From: Callorhinchus milii
Taxonomy: Eukaryota
NCBI RefSeq assembly: GCF_018977255.1
Contig: NW_024704742.1
Span: forward strand, 21,826,001-21,890,000
Length of the DNA stretch: 64,000 nt
Direction of reading: 5' to 3'
The position numbers were made by a program, and so were the translations under genes. The notes below the pieces were generated by a model that ran no database searches, was not told the origin of the DNA, and was given only the letters and a program-made list of their open reading frames with translations. Shown here in pieces: positions 1-12,320 of this stretch. Each line of letters begins with the position of its first letter. Within the stretch, counting starts at the first letter, position 1.

Positions 1-47
1 TTTTTGCCGCTATTCGTGCTGGCACGGGTCTGAAAACTCCAATGGCT
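1..47 (-). CDS. OTUD4: Probable start of OTUD4 exon 15, cut by the window edge (SHWSFQTRASTNSGK...)
   Basis: Polypyrimidine tract ccctttatctcttctag| followed by an open phase-0 frame matching the exon 14 end. Protein similarity is weak. Confidence 0.45.
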
Positions 48-2064
48 CTAGAAGAGATAAAGGGGAGCCGAGGTCTGAGCAAGTATATTTTGTTCAAAGT
101 ATTCCAATCGGAGAGAGACAAAACCCAAACACTGCTGTAACAGAATATTTCTGCTGAACTGCAGAAGCTTCTTGTTAACACAGCACCTGGGACCTGGTTT
201 TCATTGCACCAGGCTGACCAGATACTACACACACACACACACAGATACTGAACCTGTTCAAGGTCAACAGCAGTCCATTAACTCCCAGGTTGGTCTAAAG
301 CTTCACCCTGGTTAAACATCGCACACCAGGCTTCCGTAGCTCCTACCCATAACATAGGTCACCAGAGCAGCCGAGTGCAGAAGGAGGTGTGTCTCAGGAT
401 TGTGCTTTAATGGTGTTATTTCAACGTACGAGGAGATGTTTCAAAACTAAGATCACTGGAAAATCTCCATTTCTAGTGGGAATAAAAAAGCACGCCCTCT
501 GCAATTCACCTCTAACATTTCATTGAATCCTGTCAGTGGATTGTTTAATTTGCAGTAGATGAACAGAATAATACACCTGTTTTAAGCAAAGGAAAGGCAA
601 TGCAACACACCACCACCATAATGAACTCCTCATCTACGATTCCTTTAATATGTATTACAACAGACAACAGTCCAGCTCTTTTGAAACCCTGATACTGCAG
701 GAAGATAGTAAAAGATTCATATTGTTTTACAATTAATGATAATTATAATTTATGATTCACTTTTTTTGGGGGGGGAAGGAGGCAGAGATAAGTCATCAGA
801 AAGCAAATCAGATTTGCTGCCAAAATAAGATGATTTGCAACAATCACAAAAGTGAGCTGAAGTTCACAATGAAATTCAAACTCTTCACCCGTCCAGGCAT
901 GACCAGACTGCAGAGGATTCTTATTGATGTGCAAACCCACAACCTGTACCTTTCATTCAGCCACACATTTGTTTGGGAGGCGAGCAGCTCATACAGGTAC
1001 TAATGGCCTAGGTATATTAGGATCACCGACCCAGTTAAAGGCACTATCCTGAAGTAGGAACACGAGCCAGAAAACTGGGTTACACCGTTAAGAGTGATAT
1101 GGTAAGGAAACCAGCCATTCAGCCCAACAAGATGAGTCTGTGTTTATATTCACATGAGCCTCTATTCCTCCAATTCACCTCTCCTACACCCCTCTATTCC
1201 CTTCTCTCTCGTACAAGCATCATGTTTTTTCTTATATTCAATTATGTTGTATATAAGATATATGTATATAAATTTGACCGAACCTTCGGCCACCCTCCTA
1301 GCCTCCCTGCCCTCCACCCTCCCTGATCCCAAACCCCAGTTCGGGTACAAATCCAACTGTCCAGCGCCTTGGGACGACCTCCCAACATGAAAGGCGCTAC
1401 TACGCAAATTTAATTTTGTATATTAATTGCTTCAACCATAGTTTCGAGCTGTGAGTTCCACGTTCTCACCACCCTCTGCGTGAAGAAGTTTCTCCTGAAC
1501 TCCCTGTTAGATAATAATAATCCTTGCATTTCGAATAGCGCCTTATGTCTTTGAGACATCTAAGCCCTTCACAGAATATACTGCAAAATGAATTGACTGC
1601 ACATTTTGTGGGCGAAAAGATCCACTACTAGCTGTTATATATTGACACCCTGGGGCCTGGTCAGGATTCGAGTGCAATATGGAGTTCTGCGCACTCACAT
1701 CTACACAAATGCATGGAGTTCAACCAAACAAATCCAACCAGAAGCCCAAAATACCTCACGATTTCAGCCTCAAGATCAATGTCTTCAAATGTAATATCAG
1801 GTGGCTATTCTGGATCATTCTTAAATTCAATCTTAATTTGAAAGCCGGTTTTCCAGTTATTAAAAAGAGAAACTCATTCAATTTCTTTTTTGAAGCAGAC
1901 AACAGTTCAAAGCATTTCAAAGCAGCCCAGTTTGTGGTAGAGGATTTGTTTTTGTGACTGAAGTTCAAAAACAGCTCATAAAGGGATTATTTCACAGGGT
2001 GTCTTTTTTATACTTGCAATTGTGCAAAATATACAAGGTGAACAAAACCCAGTGTCCTACTCAC

Positions 2065-2197
2065 AGGGAGCGCAGGGAAGGACTGCTCATCTTTCAGCTG
2101 AATCACAAAGGGGGCCTGAGCCTCATCAGCCTCTGAAGGATCAAATCTTCTCGGGTCTTTGTTGGAGCCGTCTCCTTCCTGGCCTCGATCGCATTTT
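2065..2197 (-). CDS. OTUD4: OTUD4 exon 14 (KCDRGQEGD...IQLKDEQSFPALP)
   Basis: ttgcag|A AAA...CCT|gtgagt, 133 nt, phase 2-0; human EIQNRDEQAFPALS. Confidence 0.9.
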
Positions 2198-2963
2198 CTG
2201 CAAGATAAAGAACTCTCTTCAAATGACGTACAGAAGAAATGGATTTCGAAACATTTTTTTTCACATTTTATCTTGAAAGAAAAAGGAAAGGAACGCATTT
2301 GGAAAACAAAGCAATTGTGACCTGGATGCTTCCTTCCAGTGATTCCATTAAGACGAAACATGTGTGTTGGAAGGACCAGAAAAGAGCACGAACAATATTA
2401 CCTGTATTAAAACGGTCAAAGCCAATAATACAGTAAAACGCACACAAGTCTTACTGGAGACCCTGAATCGCGGAAAATTAAGTTCTTACTCGTTACCAGC
2501 CGGCTGCATTCAATCGGAGGAATCAAAGTCTTCATCCATCAAGGCACACGCAGAAGAACTTCATTTCCTTCAATTCAATGCAATTCAACATTTGACAGTA
2601 AGTGTGCTTGTGGTGACGAGTTAAGACACATTAAATCGCAGGAAATGTCTTAGCCCGTCACTGCATGTGCACTTACCGGCTGCAATGACGAATTACACCA
2701 TGTGCACTCGCTGGCTACATTGAATTACGCACGTGCAGTCTAGAATTTTGATTAAATCAGATTTTCTACGACTTCTACAGTAAGACTGCAACTCGGACTT
2801 CGCAAGTCACATTAAATGTTATGGTTCCAACTGATACTTTTGTGAGTTTCACTGTATTTGCTGAAGCGCACAATTAAGGGTAGGAGAACACTACATTCCA
2901 TCCTCAACTCCTAAACATTGGCAAGTGGCACAGTTTCTTTGCACAAGTTCCTCGGTTACTCAC

Positions 2964-3162
2964 TTTGAGACCTGCGTGAATTCTTTGCCTCGCCCCTCGT
3001 GCTCAGCGGGTAGCTGTTTGGGTTGCACAGCTGCGACCTGCTGTGGGGGATTCTGCTGTCTGCCTCCAGTCGTTTGCTGGAGACGTGGAGGTAGTGTTGT
3101 CTGCGCTCGGTTTGGTTTATTGGTAAAATTGCTAGAATTCTTCGGGCCTCTGAATTCACCCT
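2964..3162 (-). CDS. OTUD4: OTUD4 exon 13 (EGEFRGPKN...LPPRLQQ...VSK)
   Basis: ttgacag|AG GGT...AA|gtgagt, 199 nt, phase 1-2; RGPKN and LPPRLQ are shared with human. Confidence 0.92.
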
Positions 3163-4397
3163 CTGTCAATAAGATTGTACATTTTCTTCACTTTTTTTTA
3201 CAATAGAACAGTGAAGCATCAATCAATTCTCAGTCCACTAAGTTTAGGAAGGGATTCCGGGATGGAATTCCAGAGGGAGAAAAGACAGCAAGATTCAGCC
3301 CCAAATGGTTAATTGGTTAATCTATACTGTCTGTTTGTGCAACTCCATCCCCACCCCACCCTGACTGTGCTGGAGAAGGGGTGAGGGGAAAAAGGAATGA
3401 AAACATCAGAACAACAATAATAACAAGAAATTGCGTTTATGTAGAGCCTTTCATGTCGGGAGGATATTCTAAGGCTCTGGACTGTCAAGGTGCACTATGC
3501 CATCCTTTAAATGAGAAAATAAACCAAGGTCCCATCTGCTGGCTCAGGTCAACTTTAAAAATCCCATGGTACTATTCCTCCTGATAAAACTGGTCATTCT
3601 CTTCATAGCTGTTGGTGGGCATTGCTGGGCACAAATTGGTTGCCAGGTTTACCTACAAAATATACAGTCACTGCGTTTTACAGTATATCCTGTGAAGCAC
3701 TTTGAGATGTCCTCCTGATGTGAAAATACCAAATGTAAGGAGTTTTATTATTATAAATCTGCTTCCAAATTAAGATTAAATTTAAGAATTTCCTACAATT
3801 CTGCACAATCTCAAGATGGTAAAACAAGATGGTTTTAGAAGCTTATATGGGTGGAATTTCGATCCCTACAACAACTTGCATTTATATTGCACCCCTCATG
3901 CAGGGCTAAACTGGCTTCCCCTTCCCAGCACTCGGAGGGTTGCACAATAGGATAGTTTAAGCAATGAACCATTTGGCACTGAATCTTGCTCTCTCCTCCC
4001 TTTCAAATTTAAAATTAAATTGAAAGGCTCCCAGTCAGCTTTGGGAAGCACTTTCAGATATCCTTGTCCTTTCACCTTGCTCTGATGGCCAAACAGCCCT
4101 CATAAAAATACACAGTCAATCCACTTTACAGAATATCCTGCGATACGTCTCAACAACGTGATAAGGCGCTATATCAAATGGAAGTATTATTATCTGTGGG
4201 TAAATTTCTATGATACGTCCGATGTGAAAGATGCTATATAAAGATAAATAGTTGTTCCTTCATTCCTGTCCCTCTGCTGAAAGGTGTTCCCAGAGACAAG
4301 CTCAACCCACCATGACCCAACAGATCATAACTTTCTTAAGATTCACAGTTCTCCTCTTCCCATCACTACCAAAATAACTGAAAGAAAAATCCCTTAC

Positions 4398-4513
4398 CAG
4401 TATTGCTATTCGCTGACCAAGGCTTCCTCGCTCTTTTCCCCTGAACTCTGTTCCAACCTCCCGCAGAAGACACCTGAGTAAGTGGCCGAAGGTTCCTCAA
4501 AGGGGCACTGTGT
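4398..4513 (-). CDS. OTUD4: OTUD4 exon 12 (HSAPLRNLRPLTQVSSAGGWNRVQGKRARKPWSANSNT)
   Basis: ttttctcag|A CAC...ACT G|gtaagg, 116 nt, phase 2-1; conserved NL..WN.V.GK pattern. Confidence 0.88.
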
Positions 4514-4571
4514 CTGAGAAAACAATAGTTATTTAAAACCACGTAATAAATGTAAAAGCAAATTCAAATTT

Positions 4572-4900
4572 GTGGAGTTCTGTAGCTCAGTGGTTAGAGC
4601 ACTCGCTTTGCAAGCGAGAGACCTGAGTTCAATTCCAGGCAGGTCAGGGCGAAACCTTGGGCAAGTTTCCTTACTCCACACAGAGCCCAATAATAATCCC
4701 TCCAAAACCAAAAACAATAATAAATTGGTCACTTTCAATCTACGACTGTTTGTGGGACATTGCTGTGCGCAATTGGCTGCCGCGTTCGCCCACAAATATA
4801 CAGTCAATTCACTTTACAGTGTGTTCTGTGAAGCGCTTTGGGACGTGCTCCAGACGTGAAAAGCGCTATATCAAATGCAAGGATTATTATTATTATTATA
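4572..4900 (+). mobile_element. tRNA-headed Deu-domain SINE, short form, little diverged
   Basis: A box TAGCTCAGTGG, anticodon-like arm CTCGC-TTTGCAA-GCGAG, B box GAGTTCAATTCC, Deu-like core TGTTTGTGGGACATTGCTGTGCGCAATTGGCTGCCGCG, L2-type hairpin, (TAT)n tail. Confidence 0.9.
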
Positions 4901-6227
4901 AATAAAACATACTTTGTGCACTGCTTGTTTTAGTTTGTACAAAGCTCACTTTACTGTTCCGTACGTAACATTTGTCAAGTTAAAAACAGAAAATTCATCA
5001 CTACAGGTGGTTGGCTGATGTTTTTGTTGCTTTAACAGGTACGGACCTCACTCAAAAACACAAGAGAGTCAAGCTGGATACAACGCTGGATTTTGTGTTA
5101 AAAATCCCAGTCACATTTATGACATTCTCTATTTTGAACACATGAGCAAAGCCTGCACAGTTTTCCTGATCATCCCATTTTAACCATTCCAGAAACAAAA
5201 AACCTGCTGCCATTGGCCATGGAGAACTCTTTTTGCACTTCAGGTCTATTGATGATGGTGCAAGTGGCAGCACCAAATAATAATAAAAATCCTTGCATTT
5301 GATATAGCGCCTTCACAGAATACGTCTTCGAGACGTCTCAAAGCGCTTCACAAAATACAACAACAGCTTGCATTTATATATCGCCCTTCACATGGGTTAG
5401 CGTCCTGGATACACTATAAGGTGAATTGACCTTATATTTTGTGGGCAAAACACGGCAGGTAAATGTACACAGCAGTGTCCCACACACAATCGTGGATTTA
5501 GTGACATAGGAACATAGGAACAGGAGGAGGCCATTCAGCCCTTTGAGCCTGTTCCACCATTTAATTGGATCATGGCTGATCTATACCTCAACTAATCCTT
5601 TCATAAAAGACAAAAGATAAAGCATCCTGGAAGCAGTACGTTGAGGGCAACCGATTTCACATTCACTAGCTGTAATGAATGGATTTCAGCACAGCCACCT
5701 CCCCAGGTGAGTCTCTAAAACTTGTGTCTACGTTAAATTTCACAGGGGGAGGATGCTATTTAGTTGATAATGCAAATAAGCTGAGAGCCTATGCACGTAG
5801 ACTACTGCGTTAAATGAAGCGTCATTGAAGGAACAAACACAGGATATATTAAGTTTTGAACTATTCTCACCCTCCCACAGATGGGTATAATTTTTCTGTC
5901 ACCCAAATAAGTGTGGCTCTTTGGATGGTAAAGCCCAGCTTTTCTTAGGTCTCATTTGATGGATGTTCATAGACAGTGTATATTTGCCAGTAAAAATCAT
6001 CCTTTAGTCACTTGATGAGTTGCTGACATCTGGAATTTATGCAATTTGGATCATTGCGTCCAAAATATAACATTTTAAGGATAATGGTCTTAAATTTTAA
6101 GGTGGTGCACAATTTGGGGGACTTTTATTCGGAAACTAGTGCTTCTATTTCTCCCGGTATCCTGACCATCAATCAATCCCCCAAATAAAATTGCTCATTC
6201 ACTTCATGGCTGTTTGTAGGACATCGT

Positions 6228-6665
6228 CTGGGCCAATAAAAACTTGTGGAAATATTTGCCCCAAATTGCGGGGAGATTTGCCAATTCTGCGGAAAATTGC
6301 GCAGGTCCTACTGAGGTACATTTTACTGCCAACCTACATTTTTTCACTTCATTGATGAAAACTAAAGATAAGGAAATGACACATATTAGACCCACCCACC
6401 CACCCACACTCACAAACACAGAGAGAAAGAGACTCGCAAACACACACAAACACAGAAAGTCACAACAGTGGGGCCTTCGAGTGAAGCCATTTGCCGCTTG
6501 CGCCGCACTGAGCATGCGTATCCGGAGTCGCTACACCCACAGTGACATCTTGTAACCAGCGAGCAGCCCACGGGCAAGAAACTACGTTTACAGCGGGTTT
6601 GCGGCCGACGCCGTTTATAGCAGATTCTGCAGAAAAAGTGTGACCGCACTTTTCAATTGGCCCAG
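6228..6665. mobile_element. Non-autonomous DNA transposon (MITE) with an 8-bp TSD, hAT-like
   Basis: Termini CTGGGCCAAT and ATTGGCCCAG; flanks GACATCGT (6220-6227) and GACATTGT (6666-6673); splits a Deu-SINE core. Confidence 0.72.
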
Positions 6666-6829
6666 GACATTGTAATGCACTACGTTACTGCCACTACATT
6701 ACATGGTATACATCTGTTAAACGCTTTGAGATGTCCTCCTGAAGCAAAGCACGCTACACCAAATTCAAGGATTACTTATTATTTAAAATATCCTACAGAA
6801 AATTGACTTCAAAGACTGAAATTACTTAC

Positions 6830-6927
6830 TTTTCTCCAAGCTCTTCCACAAAAAGCACAACCGGTCCATTGTCAGGGCTGACCTCCTGAATATGTGCATT
6901 ATAGCACTTACCATTATCCAGCCGCAC
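6830..6927 (-). CDS. OTUD4: OTUD4 exon 11 (VRLDNGKCYNAHIQEVSPDNGPVVLFVEELGEK), Tudor-like
   Basis: ccctag|GTG...AA|gtaagt, 98 nt, phase 0-2. Confidence 0.93.
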
Positions 6928-7466
6928 CTAGGGGAAGGATGGAAAAACGTTTTAAAGCTTTTAAAATGTTTTTAATATGTTTACATGTGATTTGCATTGT
7001 TAATCTATAATATGCATGTACCCAAATTAGTCTTTCACAAGACAGAGGGAATTGCATTAAATCAAACCACCAGCACCTATCAAAACCCAAATAATTTGAA
7101 CCCAAGTTATTCTGTTTACAGCTGGCATCTAGTTTTTTAGTATTCAGCAATATTATTTTATGAATTTCAAGGATGCGTAATAAATACCTTACATCTTATA
7201 GTAAAATAACTATTGTATTTGGTTTGTCCACTAATAAGATGTGGATCATTTAAAATAAAGGGAAATTGGATCAACTTGATTCAATAAATCCAAATCTCAC
7301 CCTGAACTAATGATTCAGTACCAATAAAAGTTTTGTTTAAGACAAAGTAAATAAATCACTCAGGTGGCAGCCTGGCTCAGTTCCTAACTCACTCACTGGA
7401 GTTGCTCCAAGTCAACGACATATTTAGAAGAAAAATAACAGCATTATTTTTGAAGGCGCTGCTTAC

Positions 7467-7531
7467 CTTACATCTATCTCCAACTGAATATTGCATTCCA
7501 GCGGCGATGGAATAATCTCTTTTTTGTTGTG
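7467..7531 (-). CDS. OTUD4: OTUD4 exon 10 (AQQKRDYSIAAGMQYSVGDRCK), start of the Tudor-like region
   Basis: ttttcag|CA CAA...AAG|gtaagc, 65 nt, phase 1-0; human AQQKRDYSIAAGLQYEVGDKCQ. Confidence 0.95.
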
Positions 7532-7642
7532 CTGAAAAATGCAGTTTAAATAGACTTCAACGTTGGAACAGGAGAAATGCACACGGAACACCAGCTCAGA
7601 AGGAAAATAAAACAAGAACCGCAAATTGTATTGGACAGTTAC

Positions 7643-7757
7643 CTCGCTTTGATTTCAGCCAAACATCGTACTCAACATTTCTGTAAATGTTTGGGTTGAA
7701 TGCTCGGAGCACCTTGCTAGGAAAGGAGATGGGAGCAGTGTTGTCATTCTTCAGCTG
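7643..7757 (-). CDS. OTUD4: OTUD4 exon 9 (QLKNDNTAPISFPSKVLRAFNPNIYRNVEYDVWLKSKR)
   Basis: Conserved YRNVEYxxWLKSK; G|gtaact donor, phase 1. Three in-frame acceptors are possible (exon start 7763, 7757 or 7754). Confidence 0.9.
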
Positions 7758-8638
7758 CTGTTTCTGTCCACGATTAGAAAGAAAACACACACGCACATGC
7801 TTGTGGCGAGTAATTCAACAGTATGCATGCAAATTAAAGACCTCTTTCATGCTTTTTTTTCCCTTTCCTTCCCCCACTCACCGCCCCCAAGCTCTGTGTC
7901 TAGCCAGCTGTATAATGCGCTATGAGAAGTCCTCCCAGCATGAAAAGTGCTACATAAATGTTTATTGTGCATATTGTAACAATGCACATAAACATTTCTG
8001 GTCACTTAATGCATTTGCTTTGCTATGAAATGCAAAATCAAATCATCACTTGTCAGCACCAGCTGCAACACTTCCCAAGTTTCCCCAACGCATTGACATC
8101 CAGCAAATGTGTTCTCCAAGTATAAGCAAGTGTGTGAGTGTGTGTTTATGGAGCGGGGGAGATCAGTACACTCCAGAACATACTCTGCTTCTGAGAGAGA
8201 AGGGGATTTCAGTATGTCAGACAAATCCCCCCCACAAAAAAACGGATGAAAGTATGGATGGGGGGAGGGGAATGCTTCTTGTTCAGTCAGGGCTAAAGGG
8301 TCACAACCAGGAATTGCACATGAGTAGCTTGTTTCTCCTTTGCCACCAGGGCAATCGATTAACTCCACAGAGAAAGCAGCGCAATTCCACAGTCCCTGAG
8401 GGGCCAGTGTTAAAATTGGCTCTGCAATTTACAGTAAGAAAAGTGAAAGGTTTAGTCAGACTCTCTCTACGTCAGTGGCAATTACAGTACTGTCAGCAAC
8501 TGTGCTTGTGAGCATTTTCCTTCAAAACATTTTTTTTTAATCTGTCTGGGCCTGATCCCAAAAATGTGCGGTTGATGTGAAAAACGAAAAATGTAACGTC
8601 AAACAACTGCAGAATTAAATCGTTATCATTTTCAGTAC

Positions 8639-8696
8639 CTTGTTACACAACTGGGACTTCAATCCATTCAGCTCACTCTCATCAGCAGCTTTACTC
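8639..8696 (-). CDS. OTUD4: OTUD4 exon 8 (SKAADESELNGLKSQLCNK)
   Basis: ttttctctag|G AGT AAA...AAG|gtactg, 58 nt, phase 2-0; human SKTAAAAADVNGFKPLSGNE. Confidence 0.8.
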
Positions 8697-10645
8697 CTAG
8701 AGAAAACAAAGCAAGCTTTGGTGAGGGTGTGCTCGAATTTATAACTATAGAAGCAGTAAAGTGACTGATTTCAGCAATTTTTTTCTGCAAAGTAAAGCTA
8801 AAATAATAAGAAAAGTATTACAGTTATGAGACTTCATATAAAAGACAGGATCTGAAATTTGAACGGTTTAATGATTCGGCATTAAATATAAAAATAATAA
8901 TCCACATTATCATGTCGTTGTGACATCTCAAAGCACTTCACAGAACGTACAGAAAGTGAATTGACTTGTGTATTTTGTGGGCGAAATGCAACAGCCAATT
9001 GCGCACGGCAGTGTCCCACAAACAGTCATGGATTAGGTGAGCAAAGTTGGGGGTTTTTTTTAAGTCACAATTTGTATAATTTGCCTAACAAAATATTTAT
9101 GTTTCACCCTCACAAGTTTTAGCATCTCCACATGCTATCTTATTGAAATTGGAAAGATATTACAAAACCAATGGGAAAACCCTCAAATCATCTTTCAAAT
9201 TAACATAAAAATGAAAGGTTAAAACTCTTGAAAATAAGCAAAAATACAAGCAGCCATACTGCTCAGGTTACTTTTTACATATAATTCACTCAACCGGGCA
9301 GATCGTTCACACCCTGAAGACTGAAGTGCGCCAATTCGTAATCAGAGTCGCAAATAATAACACCTGAACTGCAGCACATGGCAATCCCAAGCTTCATTCC
9401 AAAACGTGCCCAGAATTGGAGCAGTAATAACAACCCTTACATTTGATATAAGACAAAGCACTTCCAAATTTTCTGTAGTGTATTGAATGTGTATTTTTGG
9501 TAAACAGGGAAGCCAATTTGCAACCAGCAATGGCCCACATGCAGCCATGAAGTGAGTGCCAATTTTATCTGGTGCCTGTCTAGAATTATGACCTCTAAGT
9601 ACCGATGTAGAGATTGAACCCACAACCTTTCAAGACAAGAGTGCTATCGACTGAGCTAAGCTGACACCTAAGTGTCTCGGGGGTCAGAGTGACACATTTC
9701 TGATTTCCAAAATGAGTGGCTAATTGCCAGCTCAAATATGTCAGACCGAAAATTTCAATGGAAAATTTCTCCGTTCAGAGATCGCATTAACACACAAAAT
9801 AGCATATATTACGTAAAAAAAATCTGCCTTGTATGCACAAATTGGCTTACCATGTGTACTGGATACACAAATTAGTTTTTGCAATCCCAGTCTTATTCTT
9901 TGTTTTCTCATGTATCCAACTGTCATCAGATGATAACAGACTGACAGATCTTGAGGGTTGGACCAAAATGAAATATGCCAGTTGATTGGACCGTGTTACG
10001 CATGATCATTTAGGATGTACGTATTTTTTTTAAAAAAACTAACTGATCTCCATCAGTTAAAAAAGTATGTGGTACGTACATGTATATAATATATAATTAA
10101 TAATGTATATATTTATTATATATAGAGATAGATACACATACGCACAAACTTGTATAGGAGATACTGTCCTGTATGAAGGGCACAATATGAGTGCATGTTG
10201 TAGTTGTATAATTGATGGAAAGGAGATTCTAATTTTTGATTCTATGTTTGCAGTTGAAGTGAAAACTGCTGAGAAAGCCTGGAATGCTATTTGTGTTCAT
10301 AAACGTGCCTGAGTGATTGCATTATTTGTGGGTAACTACAGTATATTACAGTATAATAAGACTAAAAATTGTCATATCTAGGTCGTTGGATTAATTGCTT
10401 CTCCAATGAGGGGCAAAAGAGTCAGATGCTGCTTCTGGTTTACATGCCTAACAGGATCCCGGTTTCAAACTGGGAAATGTGCTTGACCGGAAAGAACCGC
10501 TGGGGTCCCAAACTAGAACAAAAATCGCACACATCTCTAGCTGTTACACTTCTAAAATTGATTTAAACTCCAGACCTGCTTGAAATTCCTGGATTGCTTT
10601 GCCAAACAATTGCCATTCAGATTGGATATCAATTTGACCACTTAC

Positions 10646-10798
10646 CCGAGCAGTCCCAATTCTGTATCAGAATCAGAATTGGAATCTTCACTGGTGTTGG
10701 GATAATCTCACTTGTTTCACCGTTTGCATCCAGCACAGGAATTACTGAGCTAACATCAGTTTCAAGTACATTCTGGTACAGCATTTCATACAGAATGG
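10646..10798 (-). CDS. OTUD4: OTUD4 exon 7 (SILYEMLYQNVLETDVSSV...), with an apparent 1-nt deletion
   Basis: tttcag|CC ATT...CTC GG|gtaagt. It is 153 nt as given, but the flanking phases (1 in, 2 out) require a length of 3n+1; see findings. Confidence 0.85.
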
Positions 10799-10834
10799 CT
10801 GAAAAATAAAATACAGTTATCAATTTATACTCTG

Positions 10835-11270
10835 CTTGTATCCTCATCCGCACCAAACTCCGCACGCCATCACTCCATTCCTCGCCAGGCTCCATTGGTT
10901 CCCTGTCTCCAGACGGATCAACTTCAAGATCCTCACTCTCGTATACAACTCTCTTCATGCCTTAGCATCTCTCTACCTCTTTGCTCCTACCCCACTCCTC
11001 TGCCCACCCCCTCTTACTCACCTATAGACCTCTTGCATGTTTCTGGAACCCTCCGCATCACCATCATTGGCTGAGCCTTTAGCCAATATACATCCAATCT
11101 TTGCAACTCCTGCCTCACCTTCCTTGCACCCTCATCTTTTAAATCCCACCTGAAAATCTACTTCTTCATCTGGCCAAGGTCATATCCCCGCTTCCACCCC
11201 GTCACCGTACAGCGATCCAAGACATTATTTTACACAGAGGGCGTTATGTAAATTCATCTTGCTGTTGTTC
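10835..11270 (+). mobile_element. Diverged L2 3' fragment next to the OTUD4 exon 7 acceptor
   Basis: HAITPFLARLHWFPVSRRINFKILTL. Confidence 0.75.
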
Positions 11271-11741
11271 CATTCTAACAATGTGCTATCAAGTAGAAAA
11301 TATTTGTAAAACATATAGTGGACACTTTTAACCCTTTACAAGTCTCATAATCTTTGCCTTAAACTATGGTCTTTAAAATGTAAGAACGTTGGAGGATTTT
11401 TGAATGACGTTAGCTTGGCTAAGTTGGGAGCCATATCCCTTCCTTGCCTCCTTTAATGCCCATCTCAAGACCTTCCTGTTTGGCCTTGCCTTCAGGCACC
11501 CTCCCAGCGCCTTGTCACCCACCCCTTTTGATTCCAACCCCCAGCTTGGGTGCAGATCTTGGACTGTTCAGCACCTCAAGACATCCTCCCGACAATTTTT
11601 TTGTTTGGTGGTGGTGGCGCTGTGCATTTTGGGGGAGGGAGAACGCTTTAATTCAAAATTATCATACTAAAACTAAATGTTGATAGTCAGCTTTAAGTAT
11701 TCACAACAAAACTAGAATTTCTCTTCCAAGCCGTTACTCAC

Positions 11742-11823
11742 ATTGACATAAGGCGGCATCATCAATAAAGCTTCTGGGATAGACGCTGTCGTAATGATTC
11801 CCGTTTGAAAAGCATAACAAAAT
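11742..11823 (-). CDS. OTUD4: OTUD4 exon 6 (ILLCFSNGNHYDSVYPRSFIDDAALCQ), with the catalytic His
   Basis: cttag|ATT...CAA T|gtgagt, 82 nt, phase 0-1; NGNHYD OTU His box. Confidence 0.95.
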
Positions 11824-12210
11824 CTAAGAGGGAAAAAAAGGTTTTAAAATTGGTTACACTCTAACAGCTACTGGAGCACAAGTTGGGAAGGACATTCAAT
11901 GAGGATGCATATAAAACCCAATAGTACTAAAACATTTAAGGCACTTAAGCATCTACCTGGTAATGTTAATGCTGCAGTTCCCGACTGTAGCACTAGAGGT
12001 CTGTAAGACTGATATGAAAACACTTGAGGTCTCTGCAATGGCATTTCAATTTACTCAACAGGTCCTGCGTGTAATTTTCTGTCATCTTGAACCCGGAAAG
12101 TAAGTTTAATGTATGTAAGATTCAGATTTAAGGGTTTTCAAATTGATCCTTTTATACTTTGCCCCTCTTCTCTTCACTGTAACTAATCAGTCACTTTTCT
12201 ATGGTCTCAC

Positions 12211-12283
12211 CTGATCAGGAAATCCATTTTCCGTAACACTGGCAGGAGGTCGATTCGCTTCCTGATAAATTATGAAATCTCGC
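12211..12283 (-). CDS. OTUD4: OTUD4 exon 5 (RDFIIYQEANRPPASVTENGFPDQ)
   Basis: ttgcag|G CGA...CAG|gtgaga, 73 nt, phase 2-0. Confidence 0.93.
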
Positions 12284-12320
12284 CTGCAAGGAAAAATAAA
12301 TATTAAAACCCTTTTGATAA

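Noticed and set aside
4574..4645. tRNA-Ala(TGC)-like sequence (also at ~31236 and 52547)
   Set aside because: It is the SINE head: it runs straight into the SINE body with no proper acceptor stem or T-run terminator.
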